From an uncultured archaeon (lineage in GTDB: Archaea; Altiarchaeota; Altiarchaeia; IMC4; QMZM01), in NCBI GenBank assembly GCA_964549685.1, contig CAZJVE010000003.1, forward strand, positions 1 through 64,000: a stretch of DNA of 64,000 nucleotides. The letters are read 5' to 3'. Below, one piece after another: positions 18,950-26,547 of this stretch. Under the pieces are notes generated by a model. The model did not search any database and had not been told where the DNA came from. It worked only from the letters and a program-made list of their open reading frames with translations. Position numbers and translations under genes: made by a program. How positions within the stretch are numbered: the first letter of the stretch is position 1; each line of letters opens with the position of its first letter.

Positions 18950-19023
18950 AGCAGGGAGGGGGATTTGAACCCCCGATCGTCGGTCTGCAACCGACTGCCT
19001 TAACCGGGCTTGGCCACCCCTGC
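18950..19023 (-). tRNA. tRNA-Cys (GCA)
   Basis: Cloverleaf: GCAGGGG/UCCCUGC acceptor, GUCGG-UUGCAGA-CCGAC anticodon arm, GGGGG-UUCAAAU-CCCCC T arm, U73, G37; CCA not encoded. Confidence 0.93.
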
Positions 19024-19104
19024 ACCGGGTTAAATGCTGTTGGGATATCAAAACGTATAAGGGTAAAAACAAGGGTAAATGTAATCACTGCCGTACGTTG
19101 GCAG

Positions 19105-19623
19105 CTATTGCTCTATTTTACACCAGTTCTTGTTGAATATTTCGCTGAAGGACAGGCCCTTCTGCTTTAGTCTCACATACTCCTCTAACTCTCTGATGAA
19201 TCTTGTGGCCCATTTCTCAATCTCGGCCTTTACGTTCTCGTCGAGGTTGCTTCCCCGTCCGTATCCCGGGCATCCCCCGATTGCTTTCAATCTCAGTATG
19301 ATTTCATCCCCGTATGCTATGCCATTGAATTTGAACGGGAGCATCCTGCAGAACAGCGGCTGCTTGTCGATTTTATGCAGCTCGCAGGAATAATCGTCGT
19401 TCAGGAAGTGGCACTTTCCGTCATGCTCCCGGGTTTTGAGTCTGAACAACCCCGGCTTGTCCTCGCTGGAATGGATGAATTCCTCCGGCTTAAGCTTTGT
19501 GGCATCGGAAATTCTCTTTATGCTGCCTATCGTTATCAGCGGCGGTTCGCAGCAAAATGCCTTGCATTCCTTGTATGCGCATTCCCACCTCTCTATTCCG
19601 TCTTTGGATATTATTTCAATCAT
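19105..19623 (-). CDS. YkgJ-family Cys-cluster (CxxCxxCC-like) protein
   Basis: C..CKAFCC, CHFL....C..H, PLFCRMLPF, CPGYG. Confidence 0.8.
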   Translation of the reverse strand: MIEIISKDGIERWECAYKECKAFCCEPPLITIGSIKRISDATKLKPEEFIHSSEDKPGLFRLKTREHDGKCHFLNDDYSCELHKIDKQPLFCRMLPFKFNGIAYGDEIILRLKAIGGCPGYGRGSNLDENVKAEIEKWATRFIRELEEYVRLKQKGLSFSEIFNKNWCKIEQ

Positions 19624-20945
19624 TTTACCTCGTCCAGGAGTTGTTTAGCCTCGCTCTCGAATCCAAATTTTTTGCCGTATTCGAGTAAGTCGTCCTCTAT
19701 CCTTCCATTCCCCGAACCGGTGATGTTTGCAACCACGACGCTGCCCTCTTTTAGGTCTCCCTGCCGCACCCCCTTTACAATACCGGCCAGGGTTACCCCG
19801 CCAACGAATTGTGAAAATATTCCCTCCTTGAAATAGAGGTCAAGCGTGCTTTTGAGTATGTCTCCCTCACTGACGCCCCAGCCCCCTCCGTTGCTCTTTT
19901 TAATGACATCTAAAGTTTGATACCCACTGCCGGGATTTCCGATGGCTATGCTCTTTGCAACGGTCTTTGGATTCTTTATTGGAACTATCTCCCCTGTTGA
20001 TATTGCATCTATTATTGGAGAACAGTCCTCTGACTGGGCCCCCCACATCCTTACATCATTGTCGAACAGGCCAAGGTCTCTTAATTCCCCTATGCCCTTG
20101 TATGCGGAACAGAAGAGCGCGCCGCTTCCCAGAGGGTATACGATGTTTACAGCCCCGTCTTTTATCTGCTCCTTGAGCTGAAGCGCTATCTCTGTCCCCG
20201 AGGTTTTTGAGCCCTCCTTGTAGTATGGCCTGAAGCTGCTGTTCGGGACAAAGGATTTCTTTTTGCCGGTTTTTTTGAGTTCTTCCTCGTTTGCCTTCTC
20301 GCAATCGTTCATGGCCTTGATGTTTGTCTCGTCATAGCTTCCATCGTACTCTATCAAATCGTTTGGATGGGGAAGGTAGTGTCGTATGGCATCCTTTTTA
20401 ACCTCACCCAGGCTTTCAGGCACATAGGCCCTGCAGGTTATGCCAGTTTCCCTTGCTAAATATGCAGTAGCTACAGCCAGGTTTCCTGTCGATGCTACAT
20501 AGACAGTATTATAACCTGCTTCCAGGGCTTTGTTAAAGGCCAAAGTAACAGGCCTGTCCTTGAACGACCTTGTCGGGTTGGTTTCGGTTGAGTCTAATTT
20601 GAAGTACAGTTCTATGCCAAGCTCGTCTCCAATCTCCTTCGACTTTACAAGCGGGGTGTATGGGGTTTCCCCGGATACAGCTACTTCATCCACTGGAAGG
20701 AGTTCCTTCAGCTTCCAGAAGTTGTCCGGTCTTTTGTTTAATTCATCCTCCGTGAGCACATCCCTTAGTGCATTGTAGTCGTACTTCACATCCAGCGGGC
20801 CCATGCAGAGGTCATAGCATATGTTCACCATGGTCGTGCCCTGCTCCTCTTTGAGCTTCTCCAGGCTGTATTTCTCGCCGCAGTTCAGGCATTCCAGATG
20901 ACTTACATAGCCAAACCCCGAGGTCGTATTATCCACGCTTTCCAT
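19620..20945 (-). CDS. Threonine synthase-like PLP enzyme
   Basis: N-terminal CLNC Zn ribbon, PTRSFKDR PLP Lys, ASTGNLA, RPYYKEGSKT, AKSIAIGNP. Confidence 0.82.
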   Translation of the reverse strand: MESVDNTTSGFGYVSHLECLNCGEKYSLEKLKEEQGTTMVNICYDLCMGPLDVKYDYNALRDVLTEDELNKRPDNFWKLKELLPVDEVAVSGETPYTPLVKSKEIGDELGIELYFKLDSTETNPTRSFKDRPVTLAFNKALEAGYNTVYVASTGNLAVATAYLARETGITCRAYVPESLGEVKKDAIRHYLPHPNDLIEYDGSYDETNIKAMNDCEKANEEELKKTGKKKSFVPNSSFRPYYKEGSKTSGTEIALQLKEQIKDGAVNIVYPLGSGALFCSAYKGIGELRDLGLFDNDVRMWGAQSEDCSPIIDAISTGEIVPIKNPKTVAKSIAIGNPGSGYQTLDVIKKSNGGGWGVSEGDILKSTLDLYFKEGIFSQFVGGVTLAGIVKGVRQGDLKEGSVVVANITGSGNGRIEDDLLEYGKKFGFESEAKQLLDEVK

Positions 20946-20946
20946 G

Positions 20947-20960
20947 TTAACAATCGTTAA
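20947..20960. promoter_or_regulatory. Operator motif A upstream of the ThrC-like gene
   Basis: TTAACAATCGTTAA, 1 nt from the start codon; TTTAAATA box at 20982-20989 on minus strand. Confidence 0.75.
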
Positions 20961-21004
20961 TATTTATAATGTTGGTATTTTTATTTAAATATTAAGGGTA
21001 TAGA

Positions 21005-21024
21005 ATTATGCATATCAGCATAAT
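21005..21024. promoter_or_regulatory. Motif B
   Basis: ATTATGC-atatca-GCATAAT, 15 nt upstream of the TATA box. Confidence 0.7.
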
Positions 21025-21032
21025 ATCATATT

Positions 21033-21839
21033 TTATACGTGTTTCCCACGCTGCCGTAGAATATCCTTCGTGTAATCCAGCCAGTGTTTCTCGGCCCTGA
21101 CGAAATTCCTCAGTATTCCAATTTTCTCAATCTCAATTTCAACGGTGTCTCGGTCGCTCAGTTTTCCAACGCATGGAACAGTCCCGGTTGCAATTAAATC
21201 CCCCGTCTCAAGCTTCATGAATCTGCTAACGAACCTTACGCATTCATCGGGAGAATATATCATATCCGAGGTTTTTGCGTCCTGTCTTAATTTCCCATTA
21301 ACCCGGCAGCGTATTCTTAGGCTGTCTGGGTCCAGGTCGGTATTGACGTAAGGCCCCGTCGGGCAGAAGGTCGGGAAGCTCTTGGACGGGCTCCACTGAC
21401 CCATGTCGTGCTGGATGTCTCTTGCTGTCACGTCGTTGACGATAGTATAGCCTAGGACGTGCTCCTGCGGATTTTCGATCCTATAGCCATCTTTCCCGAT
21501 GATTATTCCAAGCTCTGCCTCGTGGTCGACCCTGTCCGAGATATCCGGTAGAAGTATATTCTGATTATGTCCCAGCAACGAGCTCGGCGCCTTTAGGGCT
21601 ATGGTTGGTTTTTTTGTCGCTATCTCCTTGAGTTGGATTGCATGCTTCCCGTAATTGAATCCTATGCAGGTTATTTTTCCCGGCTTTACGGGGGGTAGAA
21701 ATTCTACTTCCTCTTCCTTGTAAACTGCCCCGGTTTCCTTCCCGGGATTGAACAGATTTCCATCTATTTCCTTGATTTTACCAGGGGATGAAATCCCGAT
21801 TTTTTCTAAATTCTCGACTTTGAACCTGCAGAGTTTCAC
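21033..21839 (-). CDS. Fumarylacetoacetate hydrolase-family protein
   Basis: CIGFNY, DHEAELG, NDVTARD, KSFPTFCPTGP, GDLIATGT. Confidence 0.88.
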   Translation of the reverse strand: MKLCRFKVENLEKIGISSPGKIKEIDGNLFNPGKETGAVYKEEEVEFLPPVKPGKITCIGFNYGKHAIQLKEIATKKPTIALKAPSSLLGHNQNILLPDISDRVDHEAELGIIIGKDGYRIENPQEHVLGYTIVNDVTARDIQHDMGQWSPSKSFPTFCPTGPYVNTDLDPDSLRIRCRVNGKLRQDAKTSDMIYSPDECVRFVSRFMKLETGDLIATGTVPCVGKLSDRDTVEIEIEKIGILRNFVRAEKHWLDYTKDILRQRGKHV

Positions 21840-21898
21840 AGTCCTACCTCTTGGTTTAAGGATAGTTGATATTCTTGTTTAAATAGTATATACATAAA

Positions 21899-21918
21899 AT
21901 TATGCACGTGCGCATAAT
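21899..21918. promoter_or_regulatory. Motif B upstream of nadA-iscS-iscU
   Basis: ATTATGC-acgtgc-GCATAAT, 13 nt upstream of TTTATAT at 21932. Confidence 0.7.
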
Positions 21919-21952
21919 CATAACAATATTATTTATATGTCTCGGATGCACT

Positions 21953-22873
21953 ATGGATAACGGGATGGCTCAATCAGACATTGTGGGAAGGATCCAGAAT
22001 TTGAAGAAGGATAGAAATGCGATTATCCTTGCCCATAACTATCAGCCCGGCGAGGTGCAGGACGTTGCGGATTATCTGGGGGATTCCCTGGAGCTCAGCA
22101 GGATTGCTGCAAAGAGCGAAGCCGAGGTTATTGTATTCTGTGGAGTGCATTTCATGGCTGAGACTGCTTCCATTCTATCGCCGGACAAAAAGGTTCTGTT
22201 GCCTGACATAGACGCCAGATGCCCGATGGCCGACATGATTACCGCTGACGGCCTGAGGGAACTGAAGGCAAAACATCCCGACGCAAAGGTAGTCGGCTAT
22301 GTCAATACTACTGCAGATGTAAAGGCGGAGATGGATATCTGCTGTACATCAACCAATGCTATCAAGGTCATAAATTCTCTGGAGGGAGATGAGGTTATCT
22401 TCGTCCCAGACAAGTATCTGGCAGACTATGTCTCCAAGCACACTGACAAGAAGATTATACCATGGAACGGTTCCTGTCCAACCCATGTGAAGATAACGCC
22501 TGAAGACATAGAGAAACAGAGGGGGCTTCATCCGGAGGCAAAGGTGATTGTGCACCCGGAATGTACGCCCGCAGTAATAGAGGTTGCTGATGAGGCCTTG
22601 TCAACCGGCGGAATGTGTAAGTATGTGCGAGAGTCGAATGCCAGGGAATTCATCATCGGTACGGAGACCGGAATCATCCACAGACTCAAGAAGGAGAATC
22701 CGGATAAGGAATTCTATCCTGCCTCGGAGCTGGCTGTCTGTCCGAACATGAAGAAGATAAACCTCGAGAAGGTGCTCTGGGCGCTTGAGGATATGAAACA
22801 CGAGGTCAAGGTGCCTGAGGAAATCAGAATGAAGGCAAAACAAGCAGTCGACAGAATGCTTGAGATTGCATAG
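21953..22873 (+). CDS. nadA: Quinolinate synthase
   Basis: LAHNYQ, GDSLELS, FCGVHFMAETA, CPMAD, HPEC, CPNMKK; start likely 21953 or 21965. Confidence 0.95.
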   Translation: MDNGMAQSDIVGRIQNLKKDRNAIILAHNYQPGEVQDVADYLGDSLELSRIAAKSEAEVIVFCGVHFMAETASILSPDKKVLLPDIDARCPMADMITADGLRELKAKHPDAKVVGYVNTTADVKAEMDICCTSTNAIKVINSLEGDEVIFVPDKYLADYVSKHTDKKIIPWNGSCPTHVKITPEDIEKQRGLHPEAKVIVHPECTPAVIEVADEALSTGGMCKYVRESNAREFIIGTETGIIHRLKKENPDKEFYPASELAVCPNMKKINLEKVLWALEDMKHEVKVPEEIRMKAKQAVDRMLEIA

Positions 22874-22874
22874 A

Positions 22875-24029
22875 ATGAAAAGAATCTATCTGGACCATGC
22901 GGCAACCACTCCGGTGGACCCGGAGGTCAGGAAGGCGATGGAGCCCTTTCTTTCCGATAACTTCGGTAATGCCTCGTCACTGCACTCCTTTGGAAGGGAG
23001 ACGAAGCAGGCGCTGGAGGAGAGCAGGGGGAAGATAGCTGAGAGGCTGGGCGCCAGCCCTGATGAGATAGTCTTCACCTCCAGAGGGACCGAATCCAATA
23101 ACCTCGCGCTGAAGGGAGTCGCGTTCGCGAACAGGAAGAAGGGAAAGCACATTATAACATCAAAGATTGAGCACGACTGCGTCCTGAATTCCTGCAAGTG
23201 GCTGGAGAACGAGGGGTTCGAGGTGGAGTATCTGGATGTGGACAGGGAGGGATTTATTGACATGAGAAAGCTAGGGGATTCCATCAGAGACGATACGATT
23301 CTTGTCTCGATTATTCATGGAAATAATGAGATTGGAACAATTCAGAATCTCAAGGAAATAGGGAAAATCTGCTCGGAAAAGGACGTCTATTTCCATACCG
23401 ATGCCTGTCAGAGCTTCACAAAGGTTCCACTGGACGTCGGGAAACATAATCTCGACCTTGTCACGATAAATTCCCACAAGATTTACGGGCCAAAGGGGGT
23501 AGGAGCTCTGTTTGTCAGAAAGGGCACGAGAATCATCCCGTGGCAGCACGGCGGCGGCCATGAATTCAACAAGCGCAGCGGGACGGAAAATATTCCCGCC
23601 ATAGTTGGATTTGCGAAGGCGACTGATGTTACGGGGGAGAAGGAGATTCAGCACATGACCGGGTTGAGGGATAGGCTGATTGCTGAAATCCCTGGAGAAT
23701 TCCCTGACTCCTGGCTGAACGGCCCCAAGGAGAATAGATTGTGCAACAATGCAAACTTCTCATTCAAGCATATTGAAGGCGAGTCCATAGTCCTACGAAT
23801 GGACCAGAAGGGTATTGCGGTATCGACGGGTTCGGCCTGCTCATCCCACTCATTGGAGCCCAGTCACGTCATGATTGCAATAGGTCTCAAGCCGGAAGAA
23901 GCTCATGGAAGCGTCAGGATTACTGTGGGTAAGGAGAATACAATGGAGGAAATAGAGTTTGCGATAGAATCTCTCAGGGAGGTGACTGACGGGCTCAGGA
24001 AGATGAGCCCATTCGTGAAAAATGTATAG
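22875..24029 (+). CDS. iscS: Cysteine desulfurase
   Basis: YLDHAATT, NNEIGT, SHKIYGPKG, STGSACSS. Confidence 0.95.
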   Translation: MKRIYLDHAATTPVDPEVRKAMEPFLSDNFGNASSLHSFGRETKQALEESRGKIAERLGASPDEIVFTSRGTESNNLALKGVAFANRKKGKHIITSKIEHDCVLNSCKWLENEGFEVEYLDVDREGFIDMRKLGDSIRDDTILVSIIHGNNEIGTIQNLKEIGKICSEKDVYFHTDACQSFTKVPLDVGKHNLDLVTINSHKIYGPKGVGALFVRKGTRIIPWQHGGGHEFNKRSGTENIPAIVGFAKATDVTGEKEIQHMTGLRDRLIAEIPGEFPDSWLNGPKENRLCNNANFSFKHIEGESIVLRMDQKGIAVSTGSACSSHSLEPSHVMIAIGLKPEEAHGSVRITVGKENTMEEIEFAIESLREVTDGLRKMSPFVKNV

Positions 24030-24387
24030 CGACAAGGTCATAGACCACTTCAACAACCCCAGGAACATGGGCGAGATTCCGGACGCTGATGGGATTGGGA
24101 AGGTCGGAAACCCAGTCTGCGGAGATGTGATGTACATCTACATCAAGGTCAAGGACGACAGGATAACGGATATAAAGTTCAAGACCATGGGTTGCGCAGC
24201 AGCAATAGCAACCAGCAGCATAATAACCGAACTTGCCAAGGGAAAGACACTGGACGAGGCGATGAAGATTACAAAAGAAAGCGTCTCCGATGCTCTGGAA
24301 GGCCTGCCTCCAATAAAGCAGCACTGCTCCAATCTTGCTGCTGACGGCCTTCATAAGGCGATTGAAAACTATATAGGGAAAAAATAA
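24022..24387 (+). CDS. iscU: Fe-S scaffold protein
   Basis: YSDKVIDHF, NPVCGD, GCAAAIA, KQHCSNLA. Confidence 0.95.
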   Translation: MYSDKVIDHFNNPRNMGEIPDADGIGKVGNPVCGDVMYIYIKVKDDRITDIKFKTMGCAAAIATSSIITELAKGKTLDEAMKITKESVSDALEGLPPIKQHCSNLAADGLHKAIENYIGKK

Positions 24388-24406
24388 GGATTTATTAATC
24401 TGTTCC

Positions 24407-24493
24407 TATAGAATTCTATAATGATTTTTCATTATAGACCCGTTAGATAGAGAATGTATGTAGATGGATTAATAGATAGAGAATGTATGTAGA
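24407..24493. repeat. Inverted repeats and 21-bp direct repeat
   Basis: TATAGAATTCTATA (24407-24420); CTATAATGA-N4-TCATTATAG (24416-24437); TAGATAGAGAATGTATGTAGA at 24444 and 24473. Confidence 0.75.
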
Positions 24494-24875
24494 CTATATA
24501 AATCTTATTAACGGTAGCATACTGGTTGGCCTTATCCTCCTTGCAATGTATTTTGTAGTCATGAATATGCGCACCTTCCTTCTGCCGGAGCACGTGGGCC
24601 ACGTGGTTGCTTTCGGTCCCGGTGGTGAGGCTGACAACGTTCTCGGAATCTACAAAGACTGCAACTCCTGCCAGATATCCGAGAATTCGGGCAGGCTTGC
24701 CTTCCCTATCAAGATAAAGCTGGACGATAAATCGGTAGTTGACGCGGAGATAAGTCCCTGCTCCCTCTGCATGGATAAGGTAAAGGTGGGGGACAAGGTG
24801 GGGGTAACAACGGTCGGTTCCAGGTGCATTGCACAGAAGCTTGGTAAATTCACAATCCACCATAAGTCAGACTAA
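24483..24875 (+). CDS. Membrane-anchored protein with two CxxC motifs
   Basis: N-terminal TM; CNSC and CSLC; first gene of tightly spaced operon. Confidence 0.7.
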   Translation: MYVDYINLINGSILVGLILLAMYFVVMNMRTFLLPEHVGHVVAFGPGGEADNVLGIYKDCNSCQISENSGRLAFPIKIKLDDKSVVDAEISPCSLCMDKVKVGDKVGVTTVGSRCIAQKLGKFTIHHKSD

Positions 24876-24876
24876 A

Positions 24877-26241
24877 ATGATGCTCTTGGGCTTGGATGTG
24901 TTGGGTCTCATCGGACTGGTGATGTTTTTTGGAGTCCTGATAGCCTCTCTTAAGGGATGGATTCCACAGGACGTACTGCCCGTGCAGTCGGCACTTGTTC
25001 TGACCGCCCTTGTGCTGGTTATTGTCGCTTTCCTCTTCGGTAAGCCAATAGGGATTAAGGATTTGATGGCGAATATCTTCCTCCATCCGATTACAGCATT
25101 AATCGGCGGTTTTCTTGTTGCGGGGGCACTGGAGGCGTCCGGGGCCTTCAAGGCTGCCATTAATCTCCTGGAGAAACTGGCGAAAACGCCGCTCGGTTTA
25201 ACAGGGACTGTTGTTGTCCTGGTGAATATGCCCACAATCTTTGCGATGCCCTGTGGGAGAATTCTCGCTGCTGCATTAATGCCGGCGGCAATTCTGTTCG
25301 GCTTCACCCTCGCAAAGGTCAAAAAGGATACGCTTCTCGCGAGCATAGTTGTCTTTGGCTTTATTGTCAATGCTGCTGCCTCCTGTGGACCCTCGCCGCT
25401 TGGAGGCATCGGGATGATTGGCGAGGGGATGGGCGGCTACCCACTTGGTTCTTTCATAAATGCTCAGCAGATAGGCATTATGTTGATAACGGCAGTTGCA
25501 ATGATATCTGTAAGATTTGTCTATAAGATTCTTCCCAATGAGTCCATAACAGCAAAGCTCCTTGCGGAGGAGTCCGGAGAGGATGAGGGAGAGGAGAAGA
25601 ATAAGGGAGAAAAGAAGGTGGAGATTCCGAAGTCCGGTTATTTTTCATTTTTCTTCTTCATGGTCGGGATTGCCATCGTGTTTATAGCAAGGCCACCGAT
25701 TCCGATACAGACAATCCTCATGTTCTTCGTGCTGGTTATAATGTTAGCCAGCAGGGTATCGATAAAGGACCTGATAGGTGGGGTGATACTGCACCCGATA
25801 ATGGCCATGATATCCGGCTTTATAATTGCAGGGGCTCTTGTGGCCATCGGCAGCTTCGATGTCCTGATTCAGATTCTTATGGTCATAGCGGAAACTCCGC
25901 TTGGCTTTATAGGTGTTGTTGTCATCCTTGCGAATATCCCGACAATCCTGCCCATGCCCTGTGGAAGGATAATAGCCATGGCGTTGATGCCCGGCATACT
26001 TATGTTTGGTCTGAGGGTCAGTGAGATAACAGGGAATGTATGGATAGTTCCGCTGGTGCTGGTGGGGTTCATAATTAATGCTGCTGCCTCCTGCGGCCCT
26101 TCGCCGCTTGGAGGCATCGGCGGAATTGGCGAGGGCAACCTTGGAACGGCAATAGGAATCTCAGGACGGCCGCAGCAGGTCGGGATAATGATAGGGACAG
26201 GGACAGCGGTGCTGATAATAGGCATGGTGGGGTTTATCTAA
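24877..26241 (+). CDS. Polytopic membrane protein with internal duplication and four conserved Cys
   Basis: Two homologous halves, each with MPCGRI and NAAASCGPSPLGGIG; charged central linker. Confidence 0.8.
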   Translation: MMLLGLDVLGLIGLVMFFGVLIASLKGWIPQDVLPVQSALVLTALVLVIVAFLFGKPIGIKDLMANIFLHPITALIGGFLVAGALEASGAFKAAINLLEKLAKTPLGLTGTVVVLVNMPTIFAMPCGRILAAALMPAAILFGFTLAKVKKDTLLASIVVFGFIVNAAASCGPSPLGGIGMIGEGMGGYPLGSFINAQQIGIMLITAVAMISVRFVYKILPNESITAKLLAEESGEDEGEEKNKGEKKVEIPKSGYFSFFFFMVGIAIVFIARPPIPIQTILMFFVLVIMLASRVSIKDLIGGVILHPIMAMISGFIIAGALVAIGSFDVLIQILMVIAETPLGFIGVVVILANIPTILPMPCGRIIAMALMPGILMFGLRVSEITGNVWIVPLVLVGFIINAAASCGPSPLGGIGGIGEGNLGTAIGISGRPQQVGIMIGTGTAVLIIGMVGFI

Positions 26242-26244
26242 AAA

Positions 26245-26388
26245 ATGGCATTTGAACTATTCACGATATCGATAGGGGTAGGGATCTTATCTGGAGCCAT
26301 AATAAACATCTCCCTGGGATACAAATTTTACGACAAGGGTGGTCTGCTGGGAGGCCTTGCAGTGGGCCTTATGATGGCGGTACTCTAG
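26245..26388 (+). CDS. Small Gly-rich 2-TM membrane protein 1 (47 aa, not in ORF track)
   Basis: MAFELFTISIGVGILSGAIINISLGYKFYDKGGLLGGLAVGLMMAVL; fills operon gap with 3-nt and 1-nt spacing. Confidence 0.75.
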   Translation: MAFELFTISIGVGILSGAIINISLGYKFYDKGGLLGGLAVGLMMAVL

Positions 26389-26389
26389 A

Positions 26390-26545
26390 ATGGACAGTAC
26401 AGAATTAAAAGGACTCGGCCTGATGGTAGGGGCAGGAATACTGACAGGGATTATGTTCAATATAGGTATTATGAAGGACCCGTTTAACATGGGGGGAATC
26501 CTTGGTGGCTTTGTCACAGGGATTCTGATGTACATATTTTCATAA
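26390..26545 (+). CDS. Small Gly-rich 2-TM membrane protein 2 (51 aa, not in ORF track)
   Basis: MDSTELKGLGLMVGAGILTGIMFNIGIMKDPFNMGGILGGFVTGILMYIFS; aligns without gaps to the preceding ORF. Confidence 0.75.
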   Translation: MDSTELKGLGLMVGAGILTGIMFNIGIMKDPFNMGGILGGFVTGILMYIFS

Positions 26546-26547
26546 AA

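Noticed and set aside
23070-23100. IscS FTSRGTES instead of the usual FTSGGTES as a sign of inactivation
   Set aside because: A single substitution with PLP Lys and catalytic Cys intact; it could be a variant or a base error.
26245-26545. ATP synthase c-subunit identity for the two micro-proteins
   Set aside because: Too short, no Glu/Asp in the second helix and no ATPase genes nearby.
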